NCBI GenBank assembly: GCA_028704555.1
Contig: JAQWFD010000007.1
Span: 10,764 to 74,763 of the forward strand
DNA length: 64,000 nt
Direction: 5' to 3'
From: Desulfobacterales bacterium
GTDB lineage: Bacteria; Desulfobacterota; Desulfobacteria; Desulfobacterales; JAQWFD01
The translations under genes and the position numbers were made by a program. Shown one piece after another: positions 40,154-48,895 of the stretch. How positions within the stretch are numbered: position 1 is the stretch's first letter; every line of letters starts with the position of its first letter. The notes beneath the pieces are model-generated. The model was given only the letters and a program-made list of their open reading frames with translations. It made no database searches and was not told the origin of the DNA.

Positions 40154-40273
40154 ATGATCTGTCTGAACAACATCACCAAACAACACGGGGATCAGATCCT
40201 GTTCCGGGGCGACGATGCGGGAAAGCGAATCGACAAGCTCACCGGCGGCGAGAATAGCCGGGTGGTGAGGGTC
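40154..40273 (+). pseudogene. possible remnant of an ABC(-F) ATPase gene
   Basis: MICLNNITKQHGDQILFRG resembles an ABC ATPase N-terminus. It jumps directly to RIDKLTGGENSRVV (an LSGGE-like signature) with no Walker A or B in between. The remainder of the tracked ORF looks non-coding. Confidence 0.3.
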
Positions 40274-40585
40274 AGTCACGACCGGAAAAAACAGGGGCGT
40301 CAGGCCCCACGTATTTTAAAAATACAAAATATTATAGATTTTTCACACCAGGCGCAAGTGCACAAAAAAATGTTTAATTTTTTTGACAGGTTGCGCACGC
40401 CAGATGAATTTTATTTCGATGCCGTTTCATTGTCTGTAAAATGGACATGGAAGTATTCTGCCGAATCAGATACAATAAAAAAAATAATGGCGAATCAGCC
40501 GTTTTTTTGGAAAAACTCTTTGCAAATATAGTGGGCAACCGCTATGCAATCGCCAATGCGTTAAATCCTTCAGGAGTGATCATAT

Positions 40586-42409
40586 ATGTTTTGCATCAGA
40601 CGAATTTTTGATGATGTCCACGACAGAAACCAAAATGCCCTGGAACAGGTTCGTACGATACTGTCAACGCAGTTCATCGGGCTCAGTCAGGCCAAGATCG
40701 ACAGAATTCCGGATATTTTTCGTAACCCCTTCAAATATGATTTCCAGTCTATTTTATATATTGCGGAAGGGGTGTCAACGGTGCTGGGGTTTGCCCTTTT
40801 ATCCAACGAGCCGCAGATGCAGTTCAGCTACCTGGATTTTCTGGCGACAAACAAAAACGCTCCCGGCCGGGGCATCGGGGCCGCGCTTTATGAACGGGTT
40901 CGTGAAGAGGCTTCCCTGATGCATGCTAGGGGGCTGTTTTTTGAATGTCTGCCGGATGATCCGAAACTTTGCCGGAATCCCGGGATGCTCAAGGAAAATA
41001 AGGCGAGGCTTCGATTTTATGAAATGTTTGGCGCACGCCCGATCGATAACACGGGCTATGAGACTCCGGTGAACCCGGGCGGGGATAATCCACCGTATCT
41101 GGTATTTGACGATCTCGGACAGCAGAAACCTCTCAACGTGGACTTCGCCCGAAAGGTCGTCAAGGCCATTCTTCAGAGAAAATATAAATCGGTCTGCAGC
41201 CCAGAATATGTTCAGGCGGTGGTTAAATCCTTCAGAGATGACCCGGTTCATATCCGTATGCCCAGATATGTCAAAGCCTCTGATCAGGAACCCCACCCGG
41301 TTTTAAACCGGCTGACTACCATTGCGCTGGTGGTCAACGACCGTCATGATATCCATCATGTAAAGGAGCGCGGATACGTCGAGGCTCCGGTTCGCATCCG
41401 TTCCATTCTCGAGGCGCTGCAGCGTACCCGGCTTTTTGCCGCTATCCCTCCCATGGAATTTCCCGATCGTCATATCGTAACTGTCCATGATCCGGCTTAT
41501 GTCCGCTATTTCAAGCGGGTCACTGAGAAAATGGCAGTGGGATCATCGGTTTATCCTTACGTATTTCCCATCAGAAACAAGGCCCGTCCTCCTATGGAGC
41601 TGGCTGTCCGCGCAGGTTACTACTGCATAGACACCTTTACTCCGCTGAACCGGAACGCATTTCTGGCGGCCCGGCGGGCGGTCGATTGCGCGCTGACGGG
41701 TGCCACCAAAATTCTGGAGGGCATTCGCCTGGCATATGCCCTGGTCAGGCCGCCTGGTCACCACGCGGAAATACGCTCCTTTGGAGGATTCTGCTATTTC
41801 AATAACTCGGCTATTGCCGCCCAGTATCTGAGTGAATACGGAAATGTGGCCATGCTCGACATCGATTACCACCATGGGAACGGGCAGCAGATGATTTTTT
41901 ACGCAAGAAGCGATGTGCTGACGGTCTCCATACATGGCCGACCGGCTATCGCTTACCCTTATTTCAGCGGATTTGCCGATGAACGGGGCGAGGGCAACGG
42001 AACCGGATACAATGTAAACTATCCAATGCCTGAAAAGATGGACGGAATAAAGTATATCCGGGTGCTGGACAGGGCTTTGATCCGCATCCGTCAGTTTGCC
42101 CCCAGGTTTCTGATCGTGTGTCTCGGACTCGACACCGCCAAAGGAGATCCCACCGGCTCCTGGAGCCTTATGGCTTCTGATTTTAAGGAAATTGGCGGGA
42201 AAATCGGCCGGATGCATCTGCCGACGCTGGTGGTTCAGGAAGGTGGATACAAAACCCGGTCGATCGGATCCAATGCAAGGGCGTTTTTTGAAGGTCTCTG
42301 GAGTGCGATGGTTTCAGATGAAAAGGCTGTTTCAAAAATCCGATCCGTCAGTAACCGGAAGTCGAACAATCCGAAATCCCAAAATTCTGAAATTCTGTCT
42401 GAGAGGTGA
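40586..42409 (+). CDS. fusion protein: GNAT-type acetyltransferase domain plus histone-deacetylase-family (AcuC/APAH-like) amidohydrolase
   Basis: The N-terminal domain has LDFLATNKNAPGRGIGAALYERV (GNAT motif A). The C-terminal domain has RPPGHHAE, FCYFNNSAIAA, DIDYHHGNGQQ and QEGGY (HDAC catalytic motifs). Confidence 0.75.
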   Translation: MFCIRRIFDDVHDRNQNALEQVRTILSTQFIGLSQAKIDRIPDIFRNPFKYDFQSILYIAEGVSTVLGFALLSNEPQMQFSYLDFLATNKNAPGRGIGAALYERVREEASLMHARGLFFECLPDDPKLCRNPGMLKENKARLRFYEMFGARPIDNTGYETPVNPGGDNPPYLVFDDLGQQKPLNVDFARKVVKAILQRKYKSVCSPEYVQAVVKSFRDDPVHIRMPRYVKASDQEPHPVLNRLTTIALVVNDRHDIHHVKERGYVEAPVRIRSILEALQRTRLFAAIPPMEFPDRHIVTVHDPAYVRYFKRVTEKMAVGSSVYPYVFPIRNKARPPMELAVRAGYYCIDTFTPLNRNAFLAARRAVDCALTGATKILEGIRLAYALVRPPGHHAEIRSFGGFCYFNNSAIAAQYLSEYGNVAMLDIDYHHGNGQQMIFYARSDVLTVSIHGRPAIAYPYFSGFADERGEGNGTGYNVNYPMPEKMDGIKYIRVLDRALIRIRQFAPRFLIVCLGLDTAKGDPTGSWSLMASDFKEIGGKIGRMHLPTLVVQEGGYKTRSIGSNARAFFEGLWSAMVSDEKAVSKIRSVSNRKSNNPKSQNSEILSER

Positions 42410-42566
42410 AGGCCATTCGAATCAAGGTACGGGAAAAGTAAATGCGCCGCATTGAGTGAAACTAAAGAGACATCGGCTTTCGAATGCGAGGAAAGTTTAT
42501 TCAGATCCTGCGCTGAATCGACCCACTATGATTTGTTCAAAAGGCCACAGCGTCATTTATTTTATC

Positions 42567-42642
42567 TGGTGGAGATGAGGGGGCTCGAACCCCTGACCTC
42601 GGCGTTGCGAACGCCGCGCTCTCCCAGCTGAGCTACATCCCC
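42567..42642 (-). tRNA. tRNA-Ala (anticodon CGC)
   Basis: The reverse complement is GGGGATGTAGCTCAGCTGGGAGAGCGCGGCGTTCGCAACGCCGAGGTCAGGGGTTCGAGCCCCCTCATCTCCACCA. It has the G3:U70 identity pair, anticodon loop TTCGCAA and an encoded CCA. Confidence 0.9.
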
Positions 42643-42787
42643 ATATAGACAATAAATAAATCTACTATCATACCTGATGGAAGCCGTCAAATAATTTGAT
42701 GAGGGTCGCCTGAATAGTTTGTCCGGAACACCCCGGTCCCAAACGCCTGACTTTTTCGCCGGTCCCAGGGATTTTTTAAAATCCCTG

Positions 42788-42936
42788 GGGCTCGATCATA
42801 TCTTCGGCCACGTGGTCGAGGCCTCCGTCCCGCCCATTCCCGGCTTCTTCAGCGTGATCCGGGGAAAAGATGCCGGGAACGGGCGGGACTCCGAAGCGAT
42901 ATGTACGGAAATATGGCCGAAGTTATGATCGAGCCC
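42788..42936 (-). mobile_element. MITE-like element, copy D (variant ends, opposite orientation to copy C)
   Basis: GGGCTCGATCATATCTTCGGCCA ... TGGCCGAAGTTATGATCGAGCCC. Flanking 8-mers are AATCCCTG (42780-42787) and AATCCCTT (42937-42944). Confidence 0.8.
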
Positions 42937-43088
42937 AATCCCTTATTCATCGTAACCTTTTATACATTTCGTCCGCATGACTGTAAAACGATTTTTACCG
43001 TTACCGGACATCGGTACCCGTAAAGACCTTTTTTTAAATTCTGAATAGTGTATGTACTTGTACTCACTAAAGAAAGGAGATCATCCAG

Positions 43089-43283
43089 ATGAGGGAAAAA
43101 GTCATCATCGAAACGGAAAAATGTATTGGATGTGGCACTTGCATTGATATGTGCCCTGATATTTTTGCATTTGATGAAAGTGAGGAAAAAGCAGAAGTGA
43201 TTCTTCCTGAGGGAGGGGCGGAGGAATGTATCGAAGATGCCATTTTTTCATGTCCGGTAGGTTGTATTCATTGGGAAGAATAA
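43089..43283 (+). CDS. small [4Fe-4S] ferredoxin
   Basis: 64 aa. CIGCGTCIDMCP plus a distal CP, resembling Desulfovibrio-type ferredoxins. An AAGGAG Shine-Dalgarno lies upstream. Confidence 0.85.
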   Translation: MREKVIIETEKCIGCGTCIDMCPDIFAFDESEEKAEVILPEGGAEECIEDAIFSCPVGCIHWEE

Positions 43284-43368
43284 TGAAAAAGTCCGTCATG
43301 ATGCAGTGCCTTTATCGTGTCCCCGTGTAGCCCCATTTTCCGTTTAAAAGCCCTCCATCACAAAAAAG

Positions 43369-43425
43369 TTGACTGCCTCATCCTTAGCGACAGGTCTCAT
43401 CTGGTGGAGGCAGCCAATTTTTTTT
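43369..43425 (+). terminator. rho-independent terminator after ferredoxin
   Basis: TTGACTGCCTC ... GAGGCAGCCAA (11-bp stem with one mismatch and a long loop) is followed by T8. Confidence 0.6.
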
Positions 43426-43491
43426 GCGACTTTGTGTGAGAATAAAATAATCAGGGGCCAGAGGACATATGACCGCCGACTGTCGTAGTAC

Positions 43492-45531
43492 TCAAAACTG
43501 CGTGGTAACCTGTTTGACCGGCAATGTGACGATAAACGTCGAACCTTTCCCGGGCACGCTTTTTGCTTTTATGCTCCCGCTGTGGCGGTCCACTATTTTT
43601 TTACAGATGGACAGTCCGATGCCGGTTCCCTTGAACATATCACGACTGTGGAGTCGCTGAAACACCCCGAAAATCCGATCGGCATATTTTTCATCAAATC
43701 CGATGCCATTATCTTCGATACAAAGTTGACAGACTTTTCCTGCGAAAAATTTTTCGGAAATTTTCTCCTCCCGATCGGATATGATCTGTCCGCTGATCTT
43801 AACCACCGGTGGAACCCCCTCCCTGTGAAACTTCAACCCGTTTCCGATCAGGTTCTGCAGTAGTTGGCCCATCTGCGTCCGATCGGCTTCAATTTCAGGC
43901 AGATCGCCTGCTTCAACTCGTCCGTGGGTCTCTTCTATCAGGATTGCCAGATTGGTTAACGTTTGGGTCAGTGTTTGATTTAAATTGACCGGGGTATAGG
44001 GAAGGGCACGAGTTGAAACTCTGGAAAAATTCAGCAGATCAATAATTAAATTCTGCATCCGTTTGGAGGCGTTCTGAATACGGATCAGATAATCCAGCCC
44101 CTGGTCACTGAGGTTGTCACCGCATTTAGTCTTGAGACGTTCACCAAACGCCTGGATTTTACGAAGCGGTTCCTGCAGATCGTGAGAGGCAACATAGGCG
44201 AACTGTTCCAGTTCGGCATTGGACCGTGCCAGTTCCAAAGCCTGTTTTGCCAGCGCCTGTTCAGCCAGTTTGCGCTTCGAGATATCGGTGACAATGGCAA
44301 AACTGCCTGTAAAGTTCCCCTCGTGATCAAATAGCGATGTCGGTGATAAAATGGTGGCTACTTTTTGACCATCCGGCCGGGTCCAGGTAATTTCGTAAGG
44401 CTCATAAATTCCCTGTTCCCGTTTGGCCATTTGATCCATAAAAATGGGGCGGTTTTCATCATCCAGAAAGTTGGACATTAAATTATTGATGATGTCATCT
44501 CGGGACGCTCCCCATATTTGACACAATCGGTCATTGACAAAGGTAATTAACCCGGTTTTATCCCGCACGATCAAACCGTCGGTCATGGTATCCACCAGAC
44601 TGCGGTATCTTTGTTCGCTGTCGCGTATGGCGAATTCCGTCTCGCGCTGGCTGGTCATATCGCGAAGCGATTCGATGGCACCGACAATATTGCCCTGATC
44701 ATCGTATATTGGACCTGCCATTCCCCATAAATACAGGGACCTGCCGTTTGATAACGACACCGGGGTTTCGGCTATGATCGTATGATCTTTTTTTTGGTTG
44801 ATGGGATAGGCCATTTTCAGATTCGGATCGGATTTAAAAATCTGATCGATCAGAATCGGTCTTCTTTTACCGTAAAAGGGCAGGCTGTACTCGTAATTTC
44901 CCTTACCCAGAATATCTTCGGCATTAACCCCGGTCATTTTTTTCATGGCATTGTTCCAGATGACCACTTTGCCCGTATTGTCGATGACAAACGTGGCGTC
45001 CGGCAAAAAATTGATGATGTCGGAGAGCCATTTTTCAGATACGTTAAGCCGATCCTGCGCCTGTCTGCGCTGGGTGATATCATTGCCGACTGTGAGAAAA
45101 CCGGTAATGGTTCCCTCATCGTTTCGAACCGCCTTATGCTTTAATTCGATCCAGTAAGTTTTTCCATCTTTTCGTATAAATTTGTTTTCATTCGTGATGA
45201 ATCTGTCAGAATGGTCAATGTCCATACCGGTTAATTCCGTATAATCCGGTAACCGGGGGATGATCTCAGACAGCTTTTTCCCGAGGATTTTATCTTCCGA
45301 ATATCCCAGAACCTCCTGGGCCGAATGATTGACCAGGGTGATGGTTCTATCCGGATCAGATTCTATGATGATACTGGTGGTATCCTGAACCAGTTTCTGG
45401 TATCTGTATTCACTTCTGCGTATTGTTTCTATGGAGCTGGTTAATTCACTGATTTGCTGTTCCAGTTGTTCTTTTGTTAAATGAGATTTCATCAACATTC
45501 CTTTGTGTTTATAAAACAACAGGTTATGCAA
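43492..45531 (-). CDS. multi-PAS sensor histidine kinase
   Basis: 679 aa with several PAS repeats (TDISKRK, VGNDITQRRQ boundaries), H-box VASHDLQEPLRK and an HATPase region GTGIGLSICKKIV. Confidence 0.85.
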   Translation of the reverse strand: MHNLLFYKHKGMLMKSHLTKEQLEQQISELTSSIETIRRSEYRYQKLVQDTTSIIIESDPDRTITLVNHSAQEVLGYSEDKILGKKLSEIIPRLPDYTELTGMDIDHSDRFITNENKFIRKDGKTYWIELKHKAVRNDEGTITGFLTVGNDITQRRQAQDRLNVSEKWLSDIINFLPDATFVIDNTGKVVIWNNAMKKMTGVNAEDILGKGNYEYSLPFYGKRRPILIDQIFKSDPNLKMAYPINQKKDHTIIAETPVSLSNGRSLYLWGMAGPIYDDQGNIVGAIESLRDMTSQRETEFAIRDSEQRYRSLVDTMTDGLIVRDKTGLITFVNDRLCQIWGASRDDIINNLMSNFLDDENRPIFMDQMAKREQGIYEPYEITWTRPDGQKVATILSPTSLFDHEGNFTGSFAIVTDISKRKLAEQALAKQALELARSNAELEQFAYVASHDLQEPLRKIQAFGERLKTKCGDNLSDQGLDYLIRIQNASKRMQNLIIDLLNFSRVSTRALPYTPVNLNQTLTQTLTNLAILIEETHGRVEAGDLPEIEADRTQMGQLLQNLIGNGLKFHREGVPPVVKISGQIISDREEKISEKFFAGKVCQLCIEDNGIGFDEKYADRIFGVFQRLHSRDMFKGTGIGLSICKKIVDRHSGSIKAKSVPGKGSTFIVTLPVKQVTTQF

Positions 45532-45767
45532 ATATATTCAAACGGACGGGTTGACGGCTTTGTTTGCCTGAGCAAGTCTTTATTATGTATCGGCGTGATT
45601 AATTTCAAAAAAATATCATAAGTTGGATTTTAAATAAAGACAAGTAGAAAAAAGTGATTGATATTCAAGAAAAGTAAATTGTTTCTGATGGTATCTGCCA
45701 CGAGATACAGCTGCTCTTGCAACCCATTGAAATGTTTTAAAAATCAGCATACATCCGGTATCACTCA

Positions 45768-46505
45768 CTATTTATTAAATACTTTTTTTAGCAGGTCGGT
45801 CGTTCGGGCGGCCGGATCGAGACGAATTTTCTGCTCTTCTAAAGATATCATGTGAAAGAGACCGTCGATGGCCCGGTCCGTGGCATACTGGTCAATATCG
45901 AGGACCTGGGATTCGGCAAAGGGTATGGTTTGTATTTTGGAATTCAGATCCTGATAGGCGCGTGTGGCTCCTGTCGCCGACATGGACTTGTTTATGATGG
46001 GTTTGAAGATTTTGGCCAGCGGTTCAGAGGTTTTGTCCTTAAAATAATCGGTAGCGGCTGTATCCGGGCCGTCCAAAATCTTTTTTGCATCTGTAAATGT
46101 CATTTTCTGTATGGCGTCCATAAATAATGCACCCGCTTCAGGAGCCGCTTCTTCGGCCGCACGGTTCATACTCAGTTCAAACTCGTCAATATATGAACCG
46201 AAGCCGGCGCTTTTGATGAGAGGCGATATGCTATTGATCGTATCCGGCAGGGGAATTTTGATGTCGGGATTTTTAAAAAAACCATCAGCCTGCGAAACTG
46301 TGCTGACCGCGTTGGAGGTGCCAAGGCTGAGTGCTTCCTTCAAACCGTTAATGATATCACTTTCCGGAAGCGCCCGGGTTCCGATGACCTGCTTTTTGAT
46401 GCTGTCAAAAAAGCTGCCCACCCCGCCGTACGCCGGGGATAAGTGAACAGCAAAGATCATTATGACACAAAAAATAATGGGTTTGAATTTACGAGTTGTT
46501 GTCAT
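45768..46505 (-). CDS. DUF4197-family secreted/lipoprotein
   Basis: Signal peptide followed by SDIINGLKEALSLGTSNAVSTVSQADGFFKNPDIKIPLP, which matches my memory of DUF4197. Confidence 0.6.
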   Translation of the reverse strand: MTTTRKFKPIIFCVIMIFAVHLSPAYGGVGSFFDSIKKQVIGTRALPESDIINGLKEALSLGTSNAVSTVSQADGFFKNPDIKIPLPDTINSISPLIKSAGFGSYIDEFELSMNRAAEEAAPEAGALFMDAIQKMTFTDAKKILDGPDTAATDYFKDKTSEPLAKIFKPIINKSMSATGATRAYQDLNSKIQTIPFAESQVLDIDQYATDRAIDGLFHMISLEEQKIRLDPAARTTDLLKKVFNK

Positions 46506-46591
46506 AGCATACCTTTCTTTTGAGAGTCATGCGTCGCCAGTTTTAGGGTTTAAGTCATAAGAGATTGTATGAGCTGATAAAGTTTTCTGGG

Positions 46592-47158
46592 TTACAAAAG
46601 TCGATAGGGATATGCGCGTTGGGTCCATTCATCGTTAGGAAATTCATCCGTTAACTGCTCGTAGGCTTTTTTGAGAAACCCAGCGTCATTGGATTGTTTA
46701 TACAGGGTTACTCCCTGAAGGTATATGCCTTCAGGGGCTGACCGGGTGGACGGGAAATCTGATAGAAGATTTTTCAGATTTTCAAGGGCCCCATTGAATT
46801 GATCGTGGTCAAAATCTATTTTGGCAATCCCCAGCAGCATGGAGGCCATAAATTCATCCGCTTTAAGAAACCCCACGGTTCGATGATGTTCTTTCCCGTC
46901 ATAATCGAGCGTGACGATCGTCGGCGTCCATTTGACGTTAAAATCACCAGCTGTCGGCTGCGCATCATACCTTACGCGAAGGGGTATCATGTGATCGCTG
47001 ATAAAAGAAATAACCGAAGACTCGGGATACGTAACCGTATCCATCTGTTGACATCCGATTCAGTCCGGATTGAAAAAATCCAGCAGAATCGGTTTGAACT
47101 CGGATTTGGCTTTTTTCAATGCATCATTCATTTGTTTTTCCCACATCATCTTTTTCAT
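46592..47158 (-). CDS. thioredoxin-fold selenoprotein (UxxC), 188 codons with in-frame UGA at codon 33
   Basis: The frame continues upstream of the tracked ORF. ATG at 47158-47156 sits behind AAGGAG and reads MKKMMWEKQMNDALKKAKSEFKPILLDFFNPD, then TGA (47062-47060), then IGCQQMDTVTYPE. The hairpin GGAUACG-GUUA-CGUAUCC (47042-47025) starts 17 nt after the UGA. Confidence 0.7.
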
Positions 47159-47171
47159 GGCAGATCTCCTT

Positions 47172-47423
47172 GGTTAAGGGTTAAGGGTTAAGGGTTAAGG
47201 GTTGATGGCTAATGGCTAATGGCTGAGGGTTGAAGGGTTAAAGGCTTTCCGACTCATGACTGAAGACTCCCGACTGGAGACTCCCGACTGGAGACTCCCG
47301 ACTGGAGACTCCCGACTGGAGACTCACGACTGGAGACTCACGACTGGAGACTCACGACTGGAGACTCACGACCGAAGACTCTCGACTCCCGACTCACGAC
47401 CGAAGACTCACGACTCTTGACTG
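47172..47423. repeat. large tandem array: about 10 heptamer units (GGTTAAG x4 and variants) plus twelve 14-bp units (GACTCCCGACTGGA x4, GACTCACGACTGGA x3 and variants)
   Basis: Units counted directly. Heptamers span 47172-47243 and 14-mers span 47251-47418, with a partial unit ending at 47423. The array fills the spacer between the CBS gene stop and the selenoprotein gene Shine-Dalgarno. Confidence 0.9.
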
Positions 47424-47429
47424 TTAATT

Positions 47430-48047
47430 TCAGATCCAGAGTTCGATAGGCGCCTGGCAGATCAACGTTCGAAGGATATCGCTGCGAGTGATAATGCCAG
47501 CCAGGCTGTCATGGGCGTTGATAATCGGCATGGAACCGATTCGTTCTTCAAATAAAATTCTGGCGATTTTGCGAATTTCCGTTTGAGGCCCTGCGGTCAG
47601 TACCTGCGATTTCATGATGGTTTGAATGGTTATGTGAACCGGATCCCGATGATCCGATCCGTATGCCTGATGCCTGCAGATTTGCGCGGTTTGCCTGAGT
47701 ATATCACGATCGGAGATGATCCCGATAAGCTTGTCTTGTCTGTCAACAACCGGCAGGTGGCGGAACCGGCGGTCGCATATGAGCTGCCATGCGCTATCCA
47801 GACTCGTCTCCGCGGTCAGCGTAACGACAGGAGAAGACATGATCTGATTTGCTGTAATCGCCGGCTTTCGTTCCGGGATCCTGTCATATCGGGTTTGATA
47901 GGATTGCACGGGTGATATCGACTGCTTTGATGATGGGTTTTTGTCCGGTTCAGGTCGAACGGAAATGGCCGATACCCGTGAGGATTTTGAAAGCGGCCGA
48001 ATCCGGTTTGAAATATCAATTCCGTTTTCAAGCCATTTGAAATCCAT
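47430..48047 (-). CDS. CBS-pair domain protein
   Basis: Two CBS motifs (IMSSPVVTLTAETSL...HLPVVDRQDKLIGIISDRDILR and IMKSQVLTAGPQT...MPIINAHDSLAGIITRSDILR). The N-terminal ~60 aa are low complexity, so the start is uncertain. Confidence 0.75.
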   Translation of the reverse strand: MDFKWLENGIDISNRIRPLSKSSRVSAISVRPEPDKNPSSKQSISPVQSYQTRYDRIPERKPAITANQIMSSPVVTLTAETSLDSAWQLICDRRFRHLPVVDRQDKLIGIISDRDILRQTAQICRHQAYGSDHRDPVHITIQTIMKSQVLTAGPQTEIRKIARILFEERIGSMPIINAHDSLAGIITRSDILRTLICQAPIELWI

Positions 48048-48411
48048 GGCACCCCGTCTGAAGGTCTGACAGCATAAGGTTGTTGATTGTCAACGTTACA
48101 CCCTGTTAACAAAAACAGGAGAATCAAGGTAGCCCATTTAATATGGTTTTAAAGAATTATTTAACAAAATAACACAAATAGCAGATTGGATAAAGCATGA
48201 AATTCGGAATTCAGAACGCCTGGCCTCAGTTCATAATACATGGAATCAGGACCTCTGAACTGCTGATTTCATGCAATGCGTCAAGCAACACAACGCTGCG
48301 GCGTACGGGAAAGATAACGTTGATATTTAAGGCTTGACGGTGTAAAATTATTTTTTTCTGTGAAGTCAGTATTCGCCATAATCATTATTTAAACGACAGG
48401 AAATATCCGTC

Positions 48412-48894
48412 ATGATTACCCGAGAAGATTTTTCAAGCCTTGATATTTTTAATGGTTTTAATGATGATAAATTGAACCGGGTGCTCCGGTGTGCTCAGGA
48501 ATTTGAGTTCAAAAGCAAAGAAATCATCATCGAGGAGTCAAGCATCAGTTATGATTTATATCTGATTTGCAAAGGCCGGGTCAGTATTGAGCTCGATGTG
48601 ATGCTGTCTCAGGGTGTTCAAAGAGAGCAGATGGTGATCCTGCGAGCAGGTGATATATTCGGCGAGATCGGATTTCTGGAAAAAAAACGAAGATCCGCCT
48701 ATGTTATTGCTATCGATGATATCCGTGCTTTGAAACTTGATGAGAAACAGCTCAAGGATCTGTTCGGGAAACAATATGATATCGGATATCTTTTTATGCG
48801 TAACCTGGCGGTCATTTCGGCACAACGGTTGATCAAGACGAATTTCAGGTGGCGCAATGATATTCGGATGATTCATCCATGTCAAAAATGTTAG
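48412..48894 (+). CDS. cyclic-nucleotide-binding domain protein (no DNA-binding domain)
   Basis: 160 aa. GDIFGEIGFLEKKRRSAYVIA is the cNMP-binding phosphate-binding cassette. Confidence 0.75.
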   Translation: MITREDFSSLDIFNGFNDDKLNRVLRCAQEFEFKSKEIIIEESSISYDLYLICKGRVSIELDVMLSQGVQREQMVILRAGDIFGEIGFLEKKRRSAYVIAIDDIRALKLDEKQLKDLFGKQYDIGYLFMRNLAVISAQRLIKTNFRWRNDIRMIHPCQKC

Positions 48895-48895
48895 T

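Noticed and set aside
42719-42928. 69-aa ORF between tRNA-Ala and the ferredoxin gene.
   Set aside because: It lies almost entirely inside MITE copy D. The equivalent frames in other copies are not conserved.
47172-47203. (GGGTTAA)n here and (TAGGGAG)n at 13545, which look like telomere repeats.
   Set aside because: They are short (4-5 units), internal and flanked by genes on both sides. They belong to a wider set of intergenic heptamer repeats, and nothing suggests a replicon end.
47251-47423. A regular 14-bp repeat array that might be taken for a CRISPR array.
   Set aside because: The units are directly tandem with no unique spacers. The period of 14 bp is far too short, and no cas genes or leader are present.
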